Of a DNA stretch of 64,000 nucleotides, positions 56,701-64,000 are shown one piece after another. The stretch lies in the IMG/VR virus record IMGVR_UViG_3300031555_003522, positions 1-64,000 of that record. One strand, written 5' to 3'. The translations under genes were made by a program, and so were the position numbers. Below the pieces are notes generated by a model. It made no database searches. It was given only the letters and a program-made list of their open reading frames with translations, and was not told the DNA's origin. This stretch comes from a virus. Taxonomy: Duplodnaviria > Caudoviricetes. How positions within the stretch are numbered: the first letter of the stretch is position 1; every line of letters begins with the position of its first letter.

Positions 56701-58029
56701 ATGAAGTTGATAGTATATGTAGGCAAGTAGCTCTTGGTATTGATAGAAAGGAAATAGTAAAATCCTTAGGCGAGCGTGGTAATGATAGAAAGGTAAAACA
56801 AGCAGCATATGATATATGTAATGGTATCTGCCATAAAAAAGAAGTCAATTATTATAGATCTCAATTAACAGAAGGTTCAACGACTATCGAAAAGGATCCT
56901 AATAAGGATTAACTGAGTAGAGTAGGGCTCAAGCGAGTTCGAAATGGGAAGGGTCCACTAAAGTGGATCGTGATATAGTCTCAACTGTATGGAAACATGC
57001 AGAAGTTCATAGGAGAACTGCATAGGAGTTGCGATCCTATGTGAAGGTAATGATAGAATATGAATTCAGCTTCGTATCTCTTTCCTCAAGTCGCAGAGAC
57101 GAGGATCTTAATTCTGAATTTGATAAATTTGAGTCAACTTAAGAAAAGGCTCCTTGTTATAGAAATATAGCAAGCAAACCTCTTGAATTGCTGGGAACTC
57201 TTAATGCCTATCTGCCTATATGGAGACGAAAGTCAGAAACAAGTGATGGGATGATCTATGGGGAAACCCTAATGATTTTGATAATAGATAATCAGCAGCG
57301 AAGCCTCTTATTGAGAGGAACGTTCAACGACTATCGAAAGGCATCTATAGGATGAACCGAGTAGAGTAGGATATTTATATATCCGAAGTGGGAGGTACCT
57401 GACCGAGTAATGTCGAAGGTAATGATATAGTCTACTGAATAAGAACAGCTTTTCTTAATAAAGCAGATGAGCAGCTTCTGGTTCAGCATAATTGCGCTGC
57501 TAGAGATGCTATGACTATGATTGAAATGATGTATGGTCCTTTTGATGAGGAAGAAATATTGTTCTATAAACATCGTCTTGCAGATGGTGGGAAATGTACA
57601 ATCAATGCGTTCCAGAGAGACCTCATCTTCAATCTATTCTTTAAGTATTTTGGTGATACTGCTAGCTTAAATGCTATTAACTTCGATGACTATGTCAAGT
57701 TAATTATGGCATCCAGAAGAATTCTTGAAGCTTCTGGAATGGTATTATTGCCCTATATTGTAAGCTCTAAGATTGTTCGTCTTGCTAGCCGCAAGAGTGT
57801 GAACAAGAAAGAGCTTACCAAATTAGAATCTTCTCCCCTATGGGAAAAGATCAAAGATAAGTATAAGAATGATAAAATTGAGAAACACATACTTGGTATG
57901 ATTGCTGTCATATTAAGTAGTGACTTCGAGATCATTGATCCGGAAGATCTGGAGCTTGATGGCCAAGCTATTACAGTGATTCCTGAACTGATCTGTGAAG
58001 AAATTCTCATGTATATTAGTCTTATCTAA
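53718..58029 (+). CDS. spliced gene, six exons (53718-54194, 54816-55118, 55380-55400, 55669-55725, 57053-57134, 57449-58029), about 506 aa; probable non-virion RNAP promoter-specificity (sigma-like, AR9 gp226/phiKZ gp68 type) subunit
   Basis: Removing five introns (exon ends in U, intron ends in G) gives one open frame ..LQYSD|RHGRIMM..INIMP|KYRYDGN|LVHLN..QVLD|IEYEF..DKFES|FLNKAD..; identity inferred from recalled motifs, size and early promoter. Confidence 0.7.
54195..54815 (+). mobile_element. group I intron 1 (contains tRNA-Leu)
   Basis: P1 GTGAT/GTCAC with U.G; AATTGCTGGAAA, CAGCAGCCAAG, TTCAACGACTA, GATATAGTC core; 3' end G54815 (or G54818). Confidence 0.85.
54444..54531 (+). tRNA. 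trnL: tRNA-Leu(UAA), CCA encoded
   Basis: Acceptor GCCGGTA/TACCGGC, anticodon arm AGAGA-CTTAAAA-TCTCT, long variable arm, ACCGG-TTCGAGT-CCGGT, A73, CCA. Confidence 0.95.
55119..55379 (+). mobile_element. group I intron 2 (no ORF)
   Basis: P1 GCCT/GGGC; full core motifs; P9 CCTTGCA-GCGA-TGTAAGG; ends in G. Confidence 0.85.
55401..55668 (+). mobile_element. group I intron 3 (no ORF)
   Basis: P1 GGAAAT/GTTTCC; P10 TTGTC/GACAA; full core motifs; ends in G. Confidence 0.85.
55726..57052 (+). mobile_element. group I intron 4 (HNH homing endonuclease in P6)
   Basis: P1 TGGAT/GTCCA; core motifs flank the ORF; ends in G. Confidence 0.85.
55860..56912 (+). CDS. intron-encoded HNH homing endonuclease (NUMOD4-like N-term, three C-terminal helical repeats)
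   Basis: HRLVAMAF..VDHVNCDKTCN...NLEWVT.KEN; repeats LTNDDV/FTDDQV/LTNNEV; GGAGAG RBS before 55860. Confidence 0.85.
   Translation: MMTYDFSNYSYNGLQVPIEFWKPITEEMVPNVKPIYFVSNIGNIYNSENNKYSIITLKAGRYVQVSLRTKDGGQICIHIHRLVAMAFHGMPPSKDHEVDHVNCDKTCNFEGNLEWVTPKENINRACINNLIRMGEDNYRAILTNDDVTHLCELLMQSIPISKICTMMEEYIYPRVYSSGFKGLIGHILCGDVWKEIASQYNFPDYGRLNFTDDQVRIICECLSRQERYIDILDKLGMSNCTEQELKRLKETIYKIKAGKSYANISCNYNITRNKSYILTNNEVDSICRQVALGIDRKEIVKSLGERGNDRKVKQAAYDICNGICHKKEVNYYRSQLTEGSTTIEKDPNKD
57135..57448 (+). mobile_element. group I intron 5 (no ORF, very short 3' domain)
   Basis: P1 GAGT/GCTC; perfect 8-bp P10 AAGAAAAG/CTTTTCTT; core motifs; splits a Ser codon T|CT. Confidence 0.85.
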
Positions 58030-58033
58030 TCAT

Positions 58034-58071
58034 ATAAGGAGTGAGAGAAATCTCACTCCTTATTTTTTTTT
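58034..58071 (+). terminator. intrinsic terminator
   Basis: ATAAGGAGTGAGA / TCTCACTCCTTAT followed by a T run; near-identical copy at 59603-59640. Confidence 0.85.
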
Positions 58072-58152
58072 GTAATAATTAGACAATACAAAAATATATT
58101 ATAATATTGAGCAACCTATAACAAATAAATATATTTTAAAAGGAGAGATAAT

Positions 58153-58506
58153 ATGAACAGCAAGAAAAATCATATCTTTCTAGACTTGGAAGGTACACCT
58201 GATAGAGAAGATGCTATCTGCTTAAGACATGGACATGGACACTATGCATATGTATCCACTACAGATGAATTTGTTTATAATCTTTTTAAGGATATCTGTA
58301 TGTGGGGCGGATCTACCAGTACATATGAAACCAAAGATGGCTATTTCTATAGCCAATTCGAACTTGATTGTAGAGATAAGACTTTCTTTAGGTCAGATTC
58401 CTTCAAGAAAATTTGTCAGAAGCATAATATTAAGCTAACTATTTTCGAAAATGGAGATGACAGTAAGATTATTAGAGACTTTTGGGAACAGATGAAAAAG
58501 CATTAA
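58153..58506 (+). CDS. hypothetical early protein
   Basis: TATATTAT 58095, AAGGAG RBS, own terminator. Confidence 0.7.
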   Translation: MNSKKNHIFLDLEGTPDREDAICLRHGHGHYAYVSTTDEFVYNLFKDICMWGGSTSTYETKDGYFYSQFELDCRDKTFFRSDSFKKICQKHNIKLTIFENGDDSKIIRDFWEQMKKH

Positions 58507-58628
58507 ATAAGGTGGAATCAATTTCCACCTTATTTTTTTTTTTGACTGTCTAAAATAGTGGTTTTAGACCACTTTCGTCACAAAAAAGAAAAACGAAATA
58601 ATAAAGAAACCCGAAAGGAGAAAAATAA

Positions 58629-59597
58629 ATGATTTATTCTATTACCGAAGGCCAGCAGGCTGAAGAATATAAAGCTAGAAAGGCTAAAGAGGCTGAAGAA
58701 CATATTGCAAAAAATACAAGTAGATCTGAAACTGATTCTCTTGGAGATGGAATTATAAATTCACATTTTGTTGGGAATAAGACTAAAATACTTGATGATA
58801 AGAAAGGGCATTTTAAATTTAGCCATACGGATACTCGACGAAGAGAGATGGCTATGAATAAAGTAGTGGATGAAACTAAAAGAAGAAATGATAAAGCACT
58901 TCAAAATTTTACTCCTATAAATAATAGAAATGCGGATAATCTGCTTAGTGATAAATATTTTGGGGTTGCTGTTGATGCTGTAAATCGTCATATGCGGCGT
59001 CATCCTGATCAATATAAAGAATCTTTTTTACTTACAGAAGAAGATGCCGATGAATTCTTAGAATCTATCGGTGTAACTTTATATGAAGACTATGTTACTA
59101 TTGGAGAATGTTCCATTCCTGGAGTGGAAGCTGAAGCTATTCTGGAAGAGCACGGTATCTTCTTATGTGAAGAAGGTATCATTATCGAAGGTGAACAGGC
59201 TGAAGAATATAAGGCTAGAAAAGCAAAAGAAAAAGAAGATGCTAAGCAAGCTGATGATGATCGTTTTATGAGGAGATACATGCCTAGAATAGATGAAAAA
59301 GGACGTCAACATAACGATCCCGGAGATAAGACTATTGGATATGGGCATGGTAGTGATGATTTCGATAGAGCTATGAAAGCACACGATATGGCTAATCGCG
59401 AATATAATAGGCGGACCATTGCTATGATGAATTCTAAGTTACGTGGTGATGATAAACAAACTGTTCGACAAAAAGAAAAAGAATGGCTGAAATCTGTTGG
59501 TGAGACACCTAGAGATGCTGCTAATCGTCATATGCGTCGTCATCCTAAACAGTATAAAGAATCTTGTGGTATTTTCTCTAATGTAGCATTTATCTAA
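58629..59597 (+). CDS. putative internal head (ejected) protein, two tandem modules
   Basis: EGxQAEEYKARKAKE...DAxNRHMRRH..YKES twice; C-terminal ESCGIFSNVAFI; AACG-N6-TA promoter. Confidence 0.65.
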   Translation: MIYSITEGQQAEEYKARKAKEAEEHIAKNTSRSETDSLGDGIINSHFVGNKTKILDDKKGHFKFSHTDTRRREMAMNKVVDETKRRNDKALQNFTPINNRNADNLLSDKYFGVAVDAVNRHMRRHPDQYKESFLLTEEDADEFLESIGVTLYEDYVTIGECSIPGVEAEAILEEHGIFLCEEGIIIEGEQAEEYKARKAKEKEDAKQADDDRFMRRYMPRIDEKGRQHNDPGDKTIGYGHGSDDFDRAMKAHDMANREYNRRTIAMMNSKLRGDDKQTVRQKEKEWLKSVGETPRDAANRHMRRHPKQYKESCGIFSNVAFI

Positions 59598-59732
59598 TTT
59601 ATATAAGGAGTGAGATAATTCTCACTCCTTATTTTATTTTCATTTGATAGTATAAAATGCCTATTTTAGACCACTTTTACCACAAAAAAAAAACGAAATA
59701 ATAATACTATACTCGAAAGTGAGGAAATTATA

Positions 59733-60434
59733 ATGGAAAGAATTATTCTTACTGAAGCCGATGCCGATGAATTCTTAGAATCTATTGGTGTCACTTTATA
59801 TGAAAAGGCTATGAATATTGGAGGAAATATTGTATTTGGAGTAGACGGCCAAGAGGCCCTTCAAGAATATGGTATCTTCTTATATGAAGATTATATTTTG
59901 GTTGAAGGTGAGCAAGCTGAGGCTTACAAAGCTAAAAAGGCTAAAGAAAAAGAAGAAGAATCTAAAAAATATGATAAATATGATAATGATAATTTTAAAG
60001 ATTCTGCCCCAAAATTTATGAAGGGTTCTAGAGCAAATAATAGTGTAGGAAATCAAGCTAGTTTAAAACAGATTGATATCAAGGATATTAAAGGGTCTAC
60101 TAAAAAATATAGCGATACTAGATCTAATGACAGTATTAGGCGGCAGTATGCTTCGGATATAGTAGAAAAAGATAGATTAAATAGAAACCCTCAATATAGC
60201 GGAAAAGGAATAACTATTAGAACTTCTGATGGTAAACCTAGTTCATGGACTTTAGAAAGAGATTATAGAAAAGGAGCAATCAATCAAAATCCTCTTTATG
60301 ATAAATATTTCGATGATAAAGATAAAAGAATAGCATATTTTGCAGCTAAAGATGCTGCAAATAGACATTTACGTAGGCATACTAAGACGGTAAAAGAATC
60401 TTGTGGTATCTTCTCTAATGTAGCTTTTATCTAA
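59733..60434 (+). CDS. putative internal head (ejected) protein, paralogue of 58629
   Basis: Same acidic propeptide, module ends and identical C-terminal ESCGIFSNVAFI. Confidence 0.65.
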   Translation: MERIILTEADADEFLESIGVTLYEKAMNIGGNIVFGVDGQEALQEYGIFLYEDYILVEGEQAEAYKAKKAKEKEEESKKYDKYDNDNFKDSAPKFMKGSRANNSVGNQASLKQIDIKDIKGSTKKYSDTRSNDSIRRQYASDIVEKDRLNRNPQYSGKGITIRTSDGKPSSWTLERDYRKGAINQNPLYDKYFDDKDKRIAYFAAKDAANRHLRRHTKTVKESCGIFSNVAFI

Positions 60435-60541
60435 TTTATATAGGAGGAATTTATTTCCTCCTATATTTTCTTTTATATGTATATTATAAATATGAGCAAA
60501 ACAAAAACATAAAATTCTATTAATGAAAGGAAACAGCTAAT

Positions 60542-60958
60542 ATGAATACGAATTTTAATAATTCTAATATTTCTAGCGATGAAATTATTGAAAACGCTAG
60601 AAAGGAACTACTTGGGGCTCCTCAAATAAATATTTCTCAAATAAATTTTATAGATGAATTAAACAAAATACTATTAGGACGACATGAATGCCTTAAGGTT
60701 ATAGAGGATACTATTGAAAATAATAGTACATTATTCAAATTCTTTGTATCAGCTAATTTTAAAGCAGATGACTCTGTTGGATCTGTTTTTAGAATTGCAT
60801 TGGAAAATATGGCAAATATCATACACGAATACGATACAGTAGCCAGAGATATTAGCGATCAGACGTTATTAAATAGAATAAGAGAACTGGAGATGAAGAA
60901 TAAAGAGCTTCAAAATGCTCTCGATCAAATTGCTAAAATATTTGGAGTAATTAAATAA
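60542..60958 (+). CDS. hypothetical early protein, C-terminal coiled coil
   Basis: TATATTAT 60480, AAGGA RBS. Confidence 0.65.
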   Translation: MNTNFNNSNISSDEIIENARKELLGAPQINISQINFIDELNKILLGRHECLKVIEDTIENNSTLFKFFVSANFKADDSVGSVFRIALENMANIIHEYDTVARDISDQTLLNRIRELEMKNKELQNALDQIAKIFGVIK

Positions 60959-61003
60959 ATTTAAAATTGTAGATTATAATATGGATTGGAAGGAGAAATT
61001 TAC

Positions 61004-61225
61004 ATGAAAGAACAATTTGAACAAATGAGTTTGGATGAACTTCGTAAGACACTAAGAGACGGTCTTGTAGTTCTCCATGATAAACTAAATCAAACCAATG
61101 GTTATGGTAATTTTTCTCATATAACAGGTCAAATAGATAGTGACTGGCCTGAAGTATATATTATCAATACAGGATCTATATATGGTAATGGAGATATAGA
61201 TTCCACCGATATATTCAAATTATAA
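61004..61225 (+). CDS. hypothetical protein
   Basis: AAGGAG RBS before ATG 61004; terminator follows. Confidence 0.6.
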   Translation: MKEQFEQMSLDELRKTLRDGLVVLHDKLNQTNGYGNFSHITGQIDSDWPEVYIINTGSIYGNGDIDSTDIFKL

Positions 61226-61336
61226 TATGGAAGGGTTAACCCTTCCATATTTTTTTTTTGATTAATGATTTAAATACAAATATATATTATAATAATGATT
61301 CAATATAAAAATCATATCTTAAAAGGAGTATTTAAC

Positions 61337-61552
61337 ATGTTAAAGGTAGAAAGAGCAATGATGATATGTGTAAGTCACAAAGATTGGAATTGGCCTAAAA
61401 CCATTCTTGTACCAACAGATGGAGGATATGGAAAAAGGATAAATGAAATTGCAAAAGAAGTATTCGAAAAATACAAAGCCACTCAGCAAGATAATGATAT
61501 TGTTTTATTAAGTTATTCATATTATGGCGATGTTGAAATTTTGACTGAATAA
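61337..61552 (+). CDS. hypothetical early protein
   Basis: TATATTAT 61283, AAGGAG RBS before ATG 61337. Confidence 0.6.
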   Translation: MLKVERAMMICVSHKDWNWPKTILVPTDGGYGKRINEIAKEVFEKYKATQQDNDIVLLSYSYYGDVEILTE

Positions 61553-61580
61553 AAATATTAAAAGTATGGAGGATAATATA

Positions 61581-61796
61581 ATGAGCGTGGTTTTATCACA
61601 GATCTTCGATCATAAAGGTGAAAGAAATGATGAATATCAACTAAAATCATATGCGCTTGATGATAAATTTTATCTAGACATGTATCAGTATAATTCATAT
61701 AGTGGATGGAACACATCAATCAAGATGGATTTTTCTGTTGAAGAAGCAAAAATATTAAAGAGACAATTAGAAGAATTCATAGCACAAAATACCTAA
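61581..61796 (+). CDS. hypothetical protein
   Basis: GGAGG RBS before ATG 61581. Confidence 0.6.
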   Translation: MSVVLSQIFDHKGERNDEYQLKSYALDDKFYLDMYQYNSYSGWNTSIKMDFSVEEAKILKRQLEEFIAQNT

Positions 61797-61826
61797 ATCT
61801 ATAATTTTAATAGGAGGGTAAATTTT

Positions 61827-62216
61827 ATGTCAATGAGATTTTCAGGAAGTAATGCATATGGGTTTTATGCATATATCGAAGGCGAAGAATTTATCATTGG
61901 AATGCAGCGCTCGAAAAATAGTGAAGTGCTTTATCGTGGAGAATATAAGGGTGATAACACTCCTTATCTAGATAAGATTAAAGAAAACAATATTAAATTA
62001 TACAATAATATTGTCAGATATTTCAAAGATCATACCAGAGATAGCGAAAATGCTATAATGTGTAATACTACTATGACTGATATGGAAAAGCTAAGCGCCA
62101 TTTTCTCATTTAATGAGGAAGAAGTAAAGAAACAATTTCCGCAGTTATATTATGCTATCCTTGCGGTATTGGATAAAGAAAAGAAAATTGATGCAAGTGA
62201 ATATTTCAACAATTAA
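61827..62216 (+). CDS. hypothetical protein
   Basis: AGGAGG RBS. Confidence 0.65.
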   Translation: MSMRFSGSNAYGFYAYIEGEEFIIGMQRSKNSEVLYRGEYKGDNTPYLDKIKENNIKLYNNIVRYFKDHTRDSENAIMCNTTMTDMEKLSAIFSFNEEEVKKQFPQLYYAILAVLDKEKKIDASEYFNN

Positions 62217-62228
62217 AAGGATAATCTT

Positions 62229-62390
62229 ATGATGAAATGTATTAGATACTTTAAGAGGGTTAAACGACTATTAGAACTCGGATGGTATAGAAATATATCT
62301 GGCGGTTTTACTGAAGGACATTGCATGGGTTTTATTAGTAGAAAAGAATTGTTCGATATGACAGAAGAGGAATTTGCAAGAATAAAATAA
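62229..62390 (+). CDS. 53-aa hypothetical protein (not in ORF track)
   Basis: AAGGA RBS; fills the operon gap. Confidence 0.5.
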   Translation: MMKCIRYFKRVKRLLELGWYRNISGGFTEGHCMGFISRKELFDMTEEEFARIK

Positions 62391-62414
62391 TGATTTTAAA
62401 TGGAGGTATTAGAT

Positions 62415-62579
62415 ATGACAAGAGAACATCTTGGCGTTTTATTAGATGCTAAAGAAAAATTATGTAATTCATGTGATGCTATACATTGTGATATTTGTTA
62501 TGTGCCTAAGTTAATTGAGAAGCACAGAGAGCAGGTAGTTAAAAACGAAGAACATACAAACAATGATCATAAAAAATAG
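62415..62579 (+). CDS. 54-aa Cys-rich protein (not in ORF track)
   Basis: GGAGGT RBS; CNSC..CDIC. Confidence 0.55.
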   Translation: MTREHLGVLLDAKEKLCNSCDAIHCDICYVPKLIEKHREQVVKNEEHTNNDHKK

Positions 62580-62722
62580 TGATTTTAATTATATTATAAA
62601 AGTAGAATGAGGAATAGGCCTCATTCTACTTTATTTTTTTTTTTGTAAATTATTAGTAATATAAAAATATATTATCATTATGAATAAATTAAAACATGCA
62701 TTTTAAGTGTAGGATTTAAGTA

Positions 62723-62905
62723 ATGAAGGAATATATTGTATCTTTCGTGAGCTATATTGCAGATAGCCATGACCACGTGTATATTATGGCAGAGAATAAA
62801 ATGGAAGCATTGAAGATTGGTAAGTCCATGTTGAACACACATAAACTTGTTCCCGACTTTCTTAACAAGTACGGAAGGTTTAATGTTCATGAAGTGAAGA
62901 ATTGA
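62723..62905 (+). CDS. hypothetical early protein
   Basis: TATATTAT 62668; AGGA RBS. Confidence 0.55.
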   Translation: MKEYIVSFVSYIADSHDHVYIMAENKMEALKIGKSMLNTHKLVPDFLNKYGRFNVHEVKN

Positions 62906-62942
62906 ATAAATTAAAACTTATATTTTAATGGAGGATTTGACT

Positions 62943-63167
62943 ATGAAGATTGGCGATAAAGTTAAAGTGATTGCCACTGACCGTGTTTGGGGAGATTTCT
63001 TTGGCGTGGTTGGCACTATCACTAACGAATTTGTAACTGTTATCAATGTTCACAAATTCGTTGTGGAGTTTGACGAGCCTTTCTATGACGAAGGCTTGGA
63101 GAATTGGAGCAACAATCCCTTTATTGACTCTTACGATTTTCCAGATGATTGTTTGGAATTAGTTTGA
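62943..63167 (+). CDS. small SH3/KOW-like beta-barrel protein
   Basis: MKIGDKVKV..G..GTI..VEFD..LELV pattern; GGAGG RBS. Confidence 0.55.
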   Translation: MKIGDKVKVIATDRVWGDFFGVVGTITNEFVTVINVHKFVVEFDEPFYDEGLENWSNNPFIDSYDFPDDCLELV

Positions 63168-63212
63168 GCAAATAAAAATCACATTTTAAGTGGAGGTGCT
63201 TATATAGACATC

Positions 63213-63404
63213 ATGGAAGGAATGAGCAAGCTTGCGGAAACTCTTGCGGAACTCATTGAAAAGGACAGAAACTATACCCATGTTAAGGTATTTGTCCAAA
63301 ACTGTGGCAACGCAGATGTTCAAAGAGAATGGAACTCTTTGACGGAAAAAGAGCAGAGAGCGGTAGCTGATGAATTGTATTATCATCTCCGCTCCACCAC
63401 ATAA
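63213..63404 (+). CDS. hypothetical protein
   Basis: GGAGGTG upstream; true start may be slightly earlier. Confidence 0.5.
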   Translation: MEGMSKLAETLAELIEKDRNYTHVKVFVQNCGNADVQREWNSLTEKEQRAVADELYYHLRSTT

Positions 63405-63530
63405 AACTACTATTTTAATTCAAAAAGAAATTGGGTAGAACGAGGGTTATTCCTCGTTCTACTTTTATTTTTTCATTATATATTATATTTTTAGAAGAAC
63501 CACAAATAAACCATAAGGAGAATGATAATC

Positions 63531-64000
63531 ATGTTAATGGAACACAATAAGGAGACTTATGAACAATTTAAAGCTATGCTTCTTGAGCATCGCGAATGCT
63601 GCCTTATTGCGGCAACTGGCGCAGGTAAGACTTATATTACTCTTCAATTGATCAAGGATCTTAATTTAAAGGCATTAATTATTAGTCCTAGGGTTAATAT
63701 ACAAAATTCTTGGATAAAGAAATCAAAAAAGTATGGCATTCAAATAACTAGCACAACATATACCAATCTATATTTCAACATCGATGATTTCAATGGTTAT
63801 GATATTTATATTTTTGATGAGGCCCACCATATGGGAAGTGCCAAATGGGGAAAAGCTATAAATGATCTTAGATCATCATTATGTAAAAATATAATGGTTG
63901 TAGGTCTTACAGCAACCCCAGAAAGATATGAGACCTCATTTCGTAAGCAAATTATCGATATCTCATCAGCATTATTCAATGATCATATAGTATATGGGTA
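63531..64000 (+). CDS. superfamily 2 (DEAH/ResIII-like) helicase, 3'-truncated by window edge
   Basis: AATGAGKT Walker A, IFDEAHH motif II, GLTATPER motif III; TATATTAT 63479. Confidence 0.85.
   Translation, partial: MLMEHNKETYEQFKAMLLEHRECCLIAATGAGKTYITLQLIKDLNLKALIISPRVNIQNSWIKKSKKYGIQITSTTYTNLYFNIDDFNGYDIYIFDEAHHMGSAKWGKAINDLRSSLCKNIMVVGLTATPERYETSFRKQIIDISSALFNDHIVYG

Larger units (their letters stand above)
58551..63417. repeat. dispersed 16-bp palindrome TAAAA-N6-TTTTA at gene boundaries (10 copies)
   Basis: 58551, 59653, 61306 (1 mismatch), 61794 (1 mismatch), 62383, 62572 (1 mismatch), 62690, 62912, 63173, 63402. Confidence 0.6.

Noticed and set aside
54195-57448. Stop-codon reassignment or pseudogene to explain the fragmented ORFs
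   Set aside because: The stops fall just inside intron 5' ends, and all other genes read normally with the standard code

Overview
AT-rich segment of a jumbo bacteriophage of the phiKZ/AR9(PBS1)-like type that encodes its own multisubunit RNA polymerases. The host is probably a spore-forming Firmicute, judged from the SpoIIAB homologue, CHAP/lysozyme cell-wall hydrolases and strong GGAGG RBSs. Bases 0.6-47 kb are mostly late/virion genes: an RNAP beta-like subunit, holin, a 3.7k-aa tape-measure/lysin polyprotein, baseplate and tube proteins, a RusA-like resolvase, internal head proteins with protease-type xxE|S/A sites, dCTP deaminase, a TnsA-like nuclease and an RNAP beta'-like subunit with DYDGD. 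Bases 47-64 kb hold short early/accessory genes and one gene, probably the non-virion RNAP promoter-specificity subunit, split by five group I introns with micro-exons of 21, 57 and 82 nt. Two promoter motifs recur: early TATATTAT and late AACA-N6-YR. Most notable observations: (i) a complete tRNA-Leu(UAA) nested in group I intron 1, in the slot where intron 4 carries an HNH gene, with a late promoter whose predicted +1 is the first tRNA base; (ii) a predicted late sRNA (minus strand, about 41720-41888) carrying two anti-Shine-Dalgarno plus anti-AUG segments; (iii) a predicted late ncRNA (44889-45185) made of a hairpin and three tandem pseudoknots; (iv) modular internal-head cassette proteins with conserved ends and variable cores; (v) a TAAAA-N6-TTTTA palindrome at ten gene boundaries in the accessory array. 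All family calls come from motif recognition by eye; no database searches or folding programs were run.
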